A DNA stretch of 63,794 nt, filler included, from Octopus bimaculoides (GCF_001194135.2; 7 parts of 7 records of this genome joined end to end with filler, not necessarily neighbours in it); one strand, 5' to 3'. Shown: positions 40,196 to 53,379, numbered from the whole stretch's first letter. The notes: generated from the sequence alone by a model not told the origin. Translations and numbers: made by a program.

Positions 40196-41899
40196 ATTCA
40201 TCACCACTACGACGCTTTCTTGTGTATACAATCAGATCAGTAATTCCACTAACCGATATCTGAATGTATTTTGAAATGTTATAATATTGTATCAGTTTTC
40301 ATAAAAACTCTGCTTTAGCAGGGTTTGGAGAAAATGTTTTTCACCAGAACATTTTCTCATTAAAAGTTGAGCATGAAATGTTTTAAATATAATATTGACA
40401 TTCTTCCTTGTTGCTGGCAAGCAATCAGCGCACTAAGTATTGAAATATTTCCTATGGTAACAAATTAGTGAGAGCTAACGATGAAACAGATTTCAACCCC
40501 TATTCTCCACTTGTCAAATGTTCTTAACATCATAGCGTCAAATTTTTCTCGTAAAAGTTTTTCTTCTAAAGTAACAGGTGTCTTTGGTACACCTGTTCGT
40601 AACTGAAGACATTTCCTTCCATAGAAGTAAAGTAATAGAACTGTTATGCATTTGAACACCTGCACGTAGGGAATATGTGTTTCAACATGCGTCATCGCGC
40701 TCTAAACATTGTACAGAGCATCTATTGTAAGGCTGAATCTATACCTGCTGCACTTTATGACGATATACTGCTATACTTACACATGTAGACTTATAAACGC
40801 GCGTGCACACACACTCATATACACACATGGTTAATTCTAAATCATAAGTTTCACATGTAAGACACAGCATCTATTTTCACATCGTTTAAAGTTATAACTT
40901 TTTTTTAAATCAGTAAAATTTGCAGATTCGTTTTTTACTGTGATATTAAAATAGGGATAATATATATTTTTACTGATAGTATTAAAATAGGGAAATAGAA
41001 ATTCCATTTTCCCAACGGGAATTCAAATAGTTAACGTAGAATTAGCAAAACACTTGCCACTTCCGTTGTTTATAACAATGAATTAAACCCCCAAAAATAC
41101 CACATGATAATATATCATGTGGTATTTGTTTGCGACTAAGAAGACTTAGCTGTTCAGGATTAAATTATTTGGTAATAGATACCAATAACAATCTCAATAT
41201 GATGTCCCCACGTAACCTATTAACGTGATTACTCAACACTCTTTTAGTGGATTGTTCTATAGGAAGGAACTGTGCCTTTGGCCTTCGTAGACCAATGATC
41301 TTGATTCCAGAGAGAGATATTTTCTTGTTATAGTTGTTTCGTATCTCTGGCCAGTCTTAATGGAGCGAATCAGTGACAGAAACTTGGTGAGTATTTAGTG
41401 TGACCTATATATTCAGCGCTCTAGATATACCATGCCAATGTCTAAAGGGATATTTTTACTGTTGGATACATCTATAAGCTGATTTTTTTCTTTTTCTTTG
41501 AGAACATTTACGAAACAAGTTTGTTTATTATGCCCAGCGTATCATTTGAAAACTAACCTTTACAAATGTTTCTGTCATATCTTTTATATCATCCCTGTCT
41601 CGTGGAAACCAGTCTGTCCAGCAACTGTGCAAAATAACAACTTTCAAGGATTTACCGTATATTTAAACACGTCAATTTATCAAAACAGAAAATATCATCT
41701 TGTTTAGATAAAATGTACAGGTGTGGGTCGCTGTCGTCAATATTTTGAATACTGCAATGTTATCAGATTCATAACATTAATCTCTATTTTAATGAGAAAA
41801 TTAGAATCAGAATATCTCAATCCCATGCACTTTTATTTCAAGAATTCAACTTACATCAACTTTTATCACTAAGTCATATATAGGTAATGGCAACGTTGA

Positions 41900-41960
41900 T
41901 TATCACACAGGAAATATCACACAGGAAATATCACACGGGAAATGTCACACAGGAAATATC
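41900..41960. repeat. 14-bp tandem repeat ATATCACACAGGAA, about 4 copies
   Basis: tatcacacaggaaatatcacacaggaaatatcacacgggaaatgtcacacaggaaatatc is visible directly. Confidence 0.85.
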
Positions 41961-44900
41961 AAACAATACAAAAGTTATCCTAATTGGTTTTTAACAAATT
42001 ATTTGTTGATGAATTCGTATGAATGGTGAAGTCATTTTCCAATGACGAAATACTACAATGATTAACACATTTGCATTTAAATATCCGGGAATGTATTAAG
42101 AATGGATATGTAGGTCATCGTTCTCATTCTCGCTGTTCACCGTGCACATAACATTACCGTGTTATAATAAACATAATGTAATCATATTGTTACAAACCTT
42201 AGCATATATTGATATACACATTTACATATCATATATATATATATATATATATATANNNNNNNNNNNNNNNNNNNNNNNNNNNNNNNNNNNNNNNNNNNNN
42301 NNNNNNNNNNNNNNNNNNNNNNNNNNNNNNNNNNNNNNNNNNNNNNNNNNNNNNNNNNNNNNNNNNNNNNNNNNNNNNNNNNNNNNNNNNNNNNNNNNNN
42401 NNNNNNNNNNNNNNNNNNNNNNNNNNNNNNNNNNNNNNNNNNNNNNNNNNNNNNNNNNNNNNNNNNNNNNNNNNNNNNNNNNNNNNNNNNNNNNNNNNNN
42501 NNNNNNNNNNNNNNNNNNNNNNNNNNNNNNNNNNNNNNNNNNNNNNNNNNNNNNNNNNNNNNNNNNNNNNNNNNNNNNNNNNNNNNGTTTCTTTGTACAT
42601 TTTTATCTCTTGCTTTTCTTTCCAAATTATTTTTGCATAGTGACTGGAATGTTGATATAAGATTTTAATGTTGATTTAAGGAAAAGAATGTCGATTCAGC
42701 TAAATTCGTTAAAAGTACTGCTTTTATTTGTTGCCTCTGAATATTGAAAGACGCAGACGATAAAAAAAGAGAAAACTATTCGGGTCTTTTAAGCAACACT
42801 TTCGATGACAACCATTTTAACTGCATATGCCACTAGGGTTCACTCACTTGAATCAGTGTTGATGGCTTTGTCGGTCACGTCGCTGCAATTTTTGTTTATG
42901 CGTGCAATCTCGTTTCTCACGTATGCGGCTTTGGCTCTGGTGGGTAAGGCTGACTGGTAGGGGACGAAAAGTTTTTTATTAGCGGCTTTTCTTTAGAAGT
43001 TGGTAAATATGGAGCCTTCCTCTGTGATCCTGATATATATATATGTATATATATATAAATGTGTGTGTGTGTGCATAAAGCGTAGAAGAACGCCATTTTA
43101 CCTGTGAATACAACCTACTAGATAATTTCAAAGAGTGAAGTTTATATGGCCCTGTCTTGTATTTGTATTCTTTAGCCCACGGGTTGTTATTGCTTGATAT
43201 TGAGATTCATTTCAGCCAAAATCTACAAAATAGTTTTAAGAGTAAAATTATAGAATCCGGTGTTATTTCAAGACATCAGGCTCGGCTGGAACTAAGAGAC
43301 GTGTCCTTTCTTCAGCACTATCAACAAGAAAAACACTATAACGAAAACATCAAAGGAATGAGGAAATTTCTTTGTTTTCATTTCTGAAGAATTTCTTGGA
43401 GAATAGTAAATGTAGGCGTCATGGTTTTGCCAGAAATGTGTTGAAAGGCGATCGTTATCATTTCCCACATGTTTATCCTAGCAATTCTGCCGAAGGAAAA
43501 CAGTTTCCGAATATGAACAAAAATATTTTGCTTTTAAAATGATGGTATTTGAAGATGTTTTTGGTGCAGCAGACTCAAATAAAGGAAAAAATAGAATTTG
43601 TGTTAATGTGAAATGTCTGTGAATGCGTTAAACTGTTTTAGGCATTCAATAGTTGAGATACGTAAAATTTTGTGCCTCTATATATTAGGAACACCGCACA
43701 CACATGCGCGCGCGCATCTAACTATGATACTATTTTGTTGTTTTGTGTTTGAAGCTACTAAATACTGAGTTCAAATCCTTGTTACTGTACTACTGCTTGT
43801 GCTGAAAGAATGTTATATTCTCCTAAATAGACGATGTTTGAGAGAAATACCATGTAGTAATTTTGGTTCCTTTGACAAAGAATTATGAATATAAGTACAA
43901 CGAGGTTGGTGGTCCTTATTACCTAGAGTTTACTTCAAGACAAGGGGATTGCTATCTGTAAAATTTAATCACTAACCTTCACATAGATACTGGCTTTCTG
44001 AGTCATCCCGTTCTCAACGGCATCATGAATCTAAAAGAAGTGAAATATTTCCAGAGAGGAATCGAAACATCACTAACCGTCATACTCAACAATAGTCGTA
44101 TACAAACAGATACTATAGAACCTGAATCGACTGTTAAATTATGAAGAGTTCATTCATTTATCTTATGCAACGAAATATAGTTACAGTGACCGGATGATGA
44201 GTGTATAGGAAGAGGCGTATCCATGGTCATTCCAAGTCTGCAGGAAGGGGCCATTTTCAAGGTTTGAACAGGTAAGACGGGACAATGTTTCCTTCAAGAC
44301 CAGTGATATTAATGTGGCTGATGTTCCATTTAAAGTGTTGAAAGTTGACAGGTGCAGGAAAGACATAGGCACAGATTTAATTCCAGAGAAGTAGAAGGAC
44401 GGAAACTGGCTAATACGGGTTCAGAGTAGGGGACATGATAAAGGTAATAAGATTGGGAGTTACATGTATGACGGGGACGCCTGAGAGAAGACTTGGTTTT
44501 TCTTCGAGTAATCATTAAGGTGAACTTGTAATTACATCAGTATTTGGAAGAGTGAATATATATATGACAAGCAAGGGAGGCATAGTTCCCTACAGCATCT
44601 GGGTCATAGCCAGGTCACCAGTGATTTCGCATTTGATTAATGCTCGTTAGTGGCTTTCTCGTAGCTATGAGTTGTTTTGACTCTTATTTCTAGCAATGAT
44701 GATGCTAACTAGTACTCTTTGTCACTTTATTGACGTCTATACTTCTTCTTTTCGGTTATAAATTGCGAATAAACCACATTTCGGTTGTAAATTGCGAATT
44801 ATACACACACAGACATAGATATTAATAAATAATATATATATATGCATATATGGGTACGGGACGTTACCAATTGTGTGAACAACGAGACAATACGTAGACA

Positions 44901-45631
44901 CAAGGGTTAAATACGTAAACAACGAGAGAAAAGAAATGGAAATCAGGACAAGTAAACGCAGAGAAACGACCTTTCATCAGTTGTCGGCTGTCTATCTACT
45001 CCGCACTTCGAGCATTCACCGACAATATGAGTCTTCAAAGACTCATAGGATTTATGGAGGGTCAAAGTTGGGAACAAAAACAGGATAGTGGATACATACA
45101 AGAAAACCGAACGAAAACGAATCTGTGTATGTGTGTGTATGTATGTATGTATGTATGTATGTATGTATGTATGTATGTATGTGTGTATGTATGTATGTAT
45201 GTATGTATTTATATGTATGTCAATGAGTACACTGGTAGACCTAGTTAGCAATATTGTTACTATTTTATGGCCTTTTTTCTCCTTCAGCTATTTTTCTATT
45301 TCTTATGTCGAATATACTTCAAATTATTGGCATTCTTTCGTTTCAGGACTCATACCATGTTGTATATCACCTGTATGTGGCTTATATCACTTTCTGTCCA
45401 GGTAACGTAATCGATCTTCCTTTAATCTTTTACATCGTTATTCCTATTTCTTTAGTCTGACCTCTCCAAATTTTCTCTTACGGTTTCTTTTCACCCACGA
45501 AAGCACTAAGTAATGCTGAAACACATCGTCTCCTGTCTTTATGCGAAATTATCTATCAACTTCCAACTTGATCGCGTCGTCTTCAAGTTACGGTTCAGCT
45601 TCCAATGGCATATACTTCTGACATATTCAGT

Positions 45632-45679
<48 letters not shown>

Positions 45680-46765
45680 GTATATGTATATGCATATAGA
45701 TGTATATATATATATATATATATNNNNNNNNNNNNNNNNNNNNNNNNNNNNNNNNNNNNNNNNNNNNNNNNNNNNNNNNNNNNNNNNNNNNNNNNNNNNN
45801 NNNNNNNNNNNNNNNNNNNNNNNNNNNNNNNNNNNNNNNNNNNNNNNNNNNNNNNNNNNNNNNNNNNNNNNNNNNNNNNNNNNNNNNNNNNNNNNNNNNN
45901 NNNNNNNNNNNNNNNNNNNNNNNNNNNNNNNNNNNNNNNNNNNNNNNNNNNNNNNNNNNNNNNNNNNNNNNNNNNNNNNNNNNNNNNNNNNNNNNNNNNN
46001 NNNNNNNNNNNNNNNNNNNNNNNNNNNNNNNNNNNNNNNNNNNNNNNNNNNNNNNNNNNNNNNNNNNNNNNNNNNNNNNNNNNNNNNNNNNNNNNNNNNN
46101 NNNNNNNNNNNNNNNNNNNNNNNNNNNNNNNNNNNNNNNNNNNNNNNNNNNNNNNNNNNNNNNNNNNNNNNNNNNNNNNNNNNNNNNNNNNNNNNNNNNN
46201 NNNNNNNNNNNNNNNNNNNNNNNNNNNNNNNNNNNNNNNNNNNNNNNNNNNNNNNNNNACAGACTAAGTTATTCTATAGAAAGATATACCATTATCTAGA
46301 TATCATTAAATAGATGCCAGCATATAAATGATAGGTACGTCATTACTATGAGCATAATCACCATTATAAAGGTAGACATTTATACTTATTGGTACATGTG
46401 TGTATATGTGTGTGTGTGCATCTCTGTGTTTGTCCCCCAACACTTGCTTGACAACCGACATTGGTTTGTTTACGTCCCTACAACTTAACGTTTCAGTAAA
46501 AGCGAACGACAGAATAAATTACAGGCTTTAAAAAAGGTACCGGGGTCGGCTCGTTCAACTAAAAATTGTACAAGGCGGTACCCCATCCCATCAAATATAG
46601 ATATTAATGATCATTATTAAGAGTAAAGTATCGCTATGTAGAGGTTGCTGTCATGTTTAGAAAAAAGCATTGTGTTGAGAGATGTATTCTTTATATATTT
46701 CTAGAAATGTTACTACAGAAATAATTAACAGCTGAATGAAAATACTGAAGATTTAAATGAATTAT

Positions 46766-47410
46766 CGGATCTATTTCAAAACGGGGGCACCAGTATTTTC
46801 TTAAAGAAACACTAACGAAACACTTTGAAACTTGGGACACTGGTAGAATGTGTCATATAAAACATCTTTTACTCTTAGTCTTCTTAACAAAAAAACGTAC
46901 ATCGCAAGTTATTCCATGTTAAAGTTGTCGTATTTCTGTAATTTCAACCAATCGCTGACGTCTATTCAGCTGAATAGAGTTACTGCTGGGCGGTCATAAA
47001 AATGTTATTCCCTGTGACATATTTCATCCGGTTTAATCGTAATTTATACGCATATATTGTTTATATAATAAATTACGCTGTGCGTATCTATGTGTGTAAC
47101 AATTTTAGAGTTCGGATTCTAGAGTTAGGGTAAGTTTTAGGGTTAGAGTTAGGGTTAGGGTTAGGGTTAGGGGATTAATACGATATACACCGTTACAGCG
47201 CTAACTGTTTTCAACTGAATAGACGTCAGTGATTAGTAGAAATTATCGAAATAAGACAATTTTTTACATGAAATAAATTCGAATACAAAATTTTTTTTCT
47301 GTTCTATAACACAAAATAGATAAGTATACGAAGTTTGAAAGTCTTTCGGTACCAAAAACACTACATAAAGCATAAATGAAAACTGGTGCCCCCGTTTTGA
47401 AATAGATCCG
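46766..47410. mobile_element. MITE with 29-bp perfect TIRs, apparent 6-bp TSD and an internal telomere-like tract
   Basis: CGGATCTATTTCAAAACGGGGGCACCAGT at 46766-46794 and its exact reverse complement at 47382-47410. AATTAT on both flanks (46760-46765, 47411-47416). Internal inverted segments around ctgacgtctattcag; (TTAGGG/TTAGAG)n at ~47124-47172. Confidence 0.85.
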
Positions 47411-47610
47411 AATTATTTACTTGTGACTTTTTTTTTTATTATTTCGTTTAAGTTAGGAATACAGACAGACCTTTCGAAATAAGTTAAATGTCTTTGTATG
47501 CATAGAGATTTCATTGCTTAGATAAACATGCGAGATAAAAGTATCACACTACATATAGATGGCTCACTATATGTGTATCACACGCAAGCGCGCGCATATT
47601 CAGATCAAGA

Positions 47611-47642
<32 letters not shown>

Positions 47643-47904
47643 CAGAGAGAGAGAGAGATGTTATTCTATAGATTGTTCATACCAACCCACTGCAATCTAC
47701 ATTACATTCTTATCTAAAATACTTTCCGAGTATTTATCGCGCGTCAGAATATAGAGTTGCTTCCCCTGCTCTGAACCACCTCTATTTCAGTCCGTTTATG
47801 TTTTGATAGTCACTGCTCGGAAGAATCGAGAGCGGACACTGCTAGACAGGATAATTCAACCATATTCCATTTATATATTTTAATTTCAATTTCAATAGAA
47901 ATAG

Positions 47905-48066
47905 GCGTAGGAGTGGCTGTGTGGTAAGCAGCTTGCTTACAAACCACATGGTTCCGGGTTCAGTCCCACTGCGTGGCACGTTAGGCAAGTGTCTTCCACT
48001 ATAGCCTCGAGCCGACTAAGACCTTGTGAGTGGATTTGGTAGACGGAAACTGAAAGAAGCCCGTCG
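47905..48066 (+). mobile_element. tRNA-derived SINE, second family
   Basis: GGAGTGGCTGTGTGGTAAG (A box), GGTTCAGTCCC (B box), tail ...ggatttggtagacggaaactgaaagaagcccgtcgtatatatg. Reverse-strand copies at ~14365-14490, 17495-17590, 18410-18850, 24030-24195 and 61455-61610. Confidence 0.8.
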
Positions 48067-48223
48067 TATATATGTATGTATATGCATCAGGCCATTTATT
48101 ATTATTATTCAGTAGTTTTATTTTTATAACCTGCTTCCACTTCACTATCGAGCGCAGCTCTGTGTGCCTTGGTTATGTGCTGTGGTTTGCTGTGATGCAA
48201 ACCACAGCACCTACCCAAGGTGC

Positions 48224-48280
<57 letters not shown>

Positions 48281-48877
48281 GGCCGTCAACCTGGCAAGCC
48301 ACGCTTGCAGTCAGCGAATTGGCAGTTTTGTTACATCGCAGGATAAGATATTTGTTCCGACGCTCTGTTCCGGCACTAAATTTATGTTGCTAATATTGTA
48401 TTTTTATGTTGCTAACAAACCTAGTGTGTATTCACGTTGTTAATGTCTTTACATTTATGCTAATACCTCCCGCGATATTCATATTGCTAATGCACTCATA
48501 CAGTATATCCTTTGAATTCGCTTATGGGAAGGGTTTTGAATATGCATATAAAGCTCCTATTTTATTATGCCGGCTACAGCAACACCAGTTTTTTGGGGTT
48601 TTTTTTTTATCGTTTCGAGCTGTGCCAATATAATGTAGGATAAATATAATAATAATCCTTTCTACTATAGGCACAAGGCCTGGAATTTATGGGGGGGGGG
48701 GATAATCGATTACATCGACACCAGTACTTGACTGGTTCTTAATTTATCAACCCCGAAAATATGAAAGGCAAAGTCAACCTCGGCGGAATTTGAACTCAGA
48801 CGTAGCAGCAGATGAAATACCGCTAAGCATTTCGCCCGGCGTGCTAACGATTCTGCCAGCTCACCACCTTCGTAGTA

Positions 48878-48939
<62 letters not shown>

Positions 48940-49120
48940 NNNNNNNNNNNNNNNNNNNNNNNNNNNNNNNNNNNNNNNNNNNNNNNNNNNNNNNNNNNNN
49001 NNNNNNNNNNNNNNNNNNNNNNNNNNNNNNNNNNNNNNNNNNNNNNNNNNNNNNNNNNNNNNNNNNNNNNNNNNNNNNNNNNNNNNNNNNNNNNNNNNNN
49101 NNNNNNNNNNNNNNNNNNNN

Positions 49121-49480
49121 ATTTCCCCGAATGTTCACGCATCCGTTTCTTCAGGCGATATGACATTAACGGATTTTAACTGAGGGTTATTTATCACTTT
49201 TGACCAATGAAAGTGTTAATTGGGGAATGCGGACATTTCTGTTTATATTTGGTGGGGAGAAGTAGAATGTGAAGGAAAGTAAGGAAAGAATGGTAGTTAT
49301 AAGGAGATGGAGGTGAGTTGTGTTGATCTTGGACTTATTTTGATATTTGAGCATACAACTGTCAGGATGGGTCGAATAGTTCTTTGGTTTGACCTTATTC
49401 ACAGCATGTATCTCTTCAGTTGAATTCAGGAGTAGTCGGGTCACTCAGTAAGCGTACATTGAAATTAATGTTGCTAGTGC
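49121..49480 (-). mobile_element. Probable PLE 3' fragment, same family as ~59700-59800 (+)
   Basis: Minus-strand aataaggtcaaaccaaagaact...acccatcc...caaatatcaaaataagtc matches plus-strand 59725-59793 agtaaggtcaaaccaatga...atccatcc...caaatatcaaaataagtc (NKVKP..THP..C..KYQNKS vs SKVKP..IHP..C..KYQNKS). The PLE assignment is inferred from context. Confidence 0.45.
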
Positions 49481-50578
49481 TTTCTTAAAACTTACTGAGC
49501 TAATACCCACAATCGATGTGTATTATGAGATGCAAACATACATACATACATACATACATACACACATACATACACACATATATATATGCAGGTATGTATA
49601 TTTGTATTATTACATGATCGAACGCGCGCGTCATCAGTGCAAGTAAGTTTTAACTTTATATTTCTGACGCGACTCTATCTATCTTTGTATCTTTCTCACC
49701 CTCTCGTTCTTCCTTCTGTTGTTCTTTCCCTCTCCCCTTCATTACTATATATATATATATATATATNNNNNNNNNNNNNNNNNNNNNNNNNNNNNNNNNN
49801 NNNNNNNNNNTTAATTAATTAANNNNNNNNNNNNNNNNNNNNNNNNNNNNNNNNNNNNNNNNNNNNATATATATATATATATATATACATATATGCATAC
49901 ACACCTCACATATAAATGTTTGTGTGTACGTGTGAGTAGGTCCGTGTATTGTTATATTTGTACTTATCCATGTGTATATGCATATATGTTAGTTTTGTGT
50001 ACATTTTGTGTACGTAGCATTGCACAATGAGATTAATATGAAATCTCTGTGTGTTTAAGTGTCAGGATTATCCATAAAAGAATAACTTATACTTTTGACA
50101 AGTCTGTTTGTGTTAAGATATATATTGCACAGCTGGTGGTTTACTCTTGAGAGTACTTCATAACACTATTCAGTAGCTTCAAACGCTCCAAGAATCAAAG
50201 ATAATTCATGCTGAAGAAATTATCACTGTTTGTACTTACTGAATGTTCAGTTTTTTCCTTTTTTTCTTTTCATAAATCTTTTACCACTCTTCTTATGCCT
50301 CGAGACAGTAATATACACGCAAGTATACACACAAATACAAACCGATATACACATTGGCAGAAAACACACATAATCAAGCACACGCGTGTAAGCTTATACA
50401 TCTGCATAGGCATATAACGCCACTAAATCATATGTATTTGTAAAAGACGATGATAAAATATACTAATGATACTAAAGCTAAGATCCTTATTTGGAAGCCT
50501 ATATTCATGGTTACCAAACACAACAGAAAGTATCCCGGATAAGGCGAAAACCCAAACTAAAATCTTTCTTTATATATA

Positions 50579-51705
50579 CAGGGGTTGGACAAAATAATGA
50601 AAACATCTAGCATCATAGCATCATAATTTTGAAATATCTATAAAACCGTCAAAAGTTTGTTTATTTTTATGGCTCTTGATTTATTATTTGTGTTGCTTAA
50701 TATGTTTTGCTAAAATTGTCTTTTCTTTTCAGATATTATCAGAAAAACATAATTAAAATTCATTAAAATGACAGATCTATCGGACTTTCAAAGAAGTCAA
50801 ATTCTTGGTGCTCCTATAGCAGGTACTAGCGTAACGAAAACAGCCCGAATGTTTGGTGTATCAAGAGGAACTGTCTCGAAAGTAATGACAGCATTTGAGA
50901 ATGATGGAAAAGCCACCTCGTCGAAACAGAACTCCAGAAGGAAACCGAAACTTTCAGATAGGAATCGTCGGACTCTTACGCGAATTGTTAGAAATGATCA
51001 CAAAATTACAGCTCGCAAAATTGCTGCAGAGCTTAATGATCACATCGACAACCCAGTTTCCACAAAACTGTTCGCCGGGAGATGAACGAATTCGGATTTC
51101 ACGGGAGGGCCGTAATCAGAAAACCACTACTTTCAAAAGCAAACGTTGCAAAGCATTTAGAGTGGAGTAAAAATCTACAGAATTGGTCTCTAGAGAAGTA
51201 GAGTCATACTTTACCTTATTTCCGGCCAAGTATACGTGTGGACACAGTTAAAGCAACCATTTGACCCACACTGCCTTCTTCCAACTGTTAATCATGGAGT
51301 AGGATCTGCGATGATCTAGGAGAGGGGGCTGGGCTATATCTTGGAAATCCACCGGCCGAATGGTTTCCCTTCATGGTATAATTAATAGTCAAGAGTATTC
51401 AAGCATTTTATCGGTTCAAATTCCTTCTATAGTTGCGGAACTGTTTCCGGAGAGAAACGCAATCTTTCAGGATGATAATGCACCAATTCACACAGCTAAA
51501 GTTGTTACTGAATGGCACGAGAAATATTCTAGTGAAGTTGAACACCTTATCTGGCACCAAATCTCAATATTACTGAACATTTGTCGTGCATATTAGAAAA
51601 ACAAGTAAGGAGTCGATATCCTCCACCATCATCACTAGATGAACTGGAGACTGTTTTAGCTGCATAATGGACAATTCCTTTGCTAACAATTCAAACTTTG
51701 TATAA
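50579..51705 (+). mobile_element. Tc1-family DNA transposon, decayed, right end missing
   Basis: TA|CAGGGGTTGGACAAAATAATGAAAACA left TIR. HTH region MTDLSDFQRSQILGA...GVSRGTVSKVM (ORF 50768..51085). Catalytic region IFQDDNAPIHTAKVV (ORF 51360..51596), then APNLNITEHLSCILEKQVRSRYPPP (DD34E-type). Frameshifted; truncated at a (TA/CA)n tract. Confidence 0.9.
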
Positions 51706-51804
51706 AGTCACCGTTCAAATTAATGTAGTATATACATACACACACACACACACATATATATATATATGTAAGTATATATATATATGTATGTACGTATGCA
51801 TGTT

Positions 51805-51839
<35 letters not shown>

Positions 51840-52681
51840 TAATAAATTAATAAATTCATTATTAATATTTTTTGGATAACATATTTTTGGGCTAATTTCT
51901 GAAAGAAAATCGGCATTTTTGTATTTGCTGCCGATAAGGTAAAGCGCACATGCGCGGTAAATTTTGAAAAATTAAGCATATGAGCATAAGCCATGTTTCC
52001 TATGACTCGTGTTTATATGCCATCTGGTTATTCCGCTGAAGATGGTTTAACCTTGTAAGGTATATTTTTATCTTACTAAAATAACTTAAAATCATGGTAC
52101 GGAATATAGAGGGGTAAATGTTTTTATTTTTCATTCCCTTTCGAAATTATTCCTATTTTTGTGGTATAGAGTTGTTTGCTGCTCTTTCTAGCGGGTCAGA
52201 TGTCCTATTTTAGGCATCTCTGTATTTTAAATGAATAATATGTATGTATATNNNNNNNNNNNNNNNNNNNNNNNNNNNNNNNNNNNNNNNNNNNNNNNNN
52301 NNNNNNNNNNNNNNNNNNNNNNNNNNNNNNNNNNNNNNNNNNNNNNNNNNNNNNNNNNNNNNNNNNNNNNNNNNNNNNNNNNNNNNNNNNNNNNNNNNNN
52401 NNNNNNNNNNNNNNNNNNNNNNNNNNNNNNNNNNNNNNNNNNNNNNNNNNNNNNNNNNNNNNNNNNNNNNNNNNNNNNNNNNNNNNNNNATATATATACA
52501 TATATATATATATATATGAACGTATGTATGTATGTATGTATGTATGCATGTATTTTGTTTACTGTTAACACAGACGATTTAATAGACAGTTACCAGGGTA
52601 GCAAAATACACGCATGTAATAAGGATGGAACGACCTATTCAAAGGTAGAAACTTTGGGTTAATGTGCAGTAATTTGTATAT

Positions 52682-53379
52682 TATAAGCAAATAAATGGAG
52701 TTGAACGCAGATGTTATTCAAATTCTTTTACTTTCGACATAGGTTTCGAAGACAACATTGGTTTTTTTTCCAAAAGAATAAACGGTGTAAAATAATGTAA
52801 TCTCCTCACCAGGAAAGAAAGAGAACCAATCTCAAAAACAAGTCATTATTCCAATTTTGATGACTGCATAAATGATAAGCAGGAGACTATTAAGTTTTTT
52901 TTTTAACCGTTAGTAGATCTGACGTCAAAGGTAGACCATAGGAAGAGAAGGGGTAAAGAAATAATAAATAAAGAACAAATAAAAGAGAAATATAGAGGGA
53001 TATGTTGGTTGAAAAATGTTCAAAGTCCTGGAAGTAAATTTATGTATTGAAGTAGAGTACAATTTGAACTAAATGTTCAAACCATACAGACTGGTATAAA
53101 TCACTAATATGAACTACAGGTGTGTTTCTGCCAATGCTTACATTTATAAGATCGCTGTAAAAACATGTTAACAAGATGATTCTTCGAGAAGAGAATATGG
53201 AAGAGTTGAGAATTACAAATATTACAGAATCCGTCGCCCTTGTCGTAAGAGAAAGAGATGGACAGGATAAACCAATCTAAAATAAAATCCTTATTGTTGT
53301 CTTTAAGATACCAAACCAATTTACTAAGCCCTGTGCAATCATTTACTACTATCCCTAAGTGAATAATAATGATTGGAAA
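52682..53379 (-). mobile_element. Inverted copy of the 3' ~700 bp of the adjacent Penelope-like element
   Basis: Reverse complement aligns colinearly with 54280-54977 (roughly 85% by eye). ORF 53104..53412 and ORF 54342..54560 encode near-identical peptides on opposite strands. Confidence 0.85.
52731..52817 (-). ncRNA. Type I hammerhead ribozyme fold (degenerate), inverted copy
   Basis: Minus strand: CTTTC-CTGGTGA-GGAGATTACATT...AATGTTGTCTTC-GAAA-C(CTAT)G-TC-GAAAG. GAAA and the GUC triplet are intact; CUGAUGA is changed to CUGGUGA. Confidence 0.72.

Noticed and set aside
42848-42981. Minus-strand reading KAANKKLFVPYQ...INKNCSDVTDKAINTDS|gtgag as the VMAT luminal-loop exon
   Set aside because: It has a donor and an NCS sequon, but the acceptor is poor, there is an in-frame stop just upstream and no VMAT similarity. 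The plus-strand reading has better splice signals.
44960-45050. CTGATGA on minus plus the ATGAGTCTT/AAGACTCAT hairpin as a hammerhead
   Set aside because: No stem II followed by GAAA downstream of the core. The hairpin is a simple palindrome in a repeat.
47124-47172. TTAGGG tract as a telomere or chromosome-fusion scar
   Set aside because: It is short, degenerate and enclosed by the MITE TIRs.
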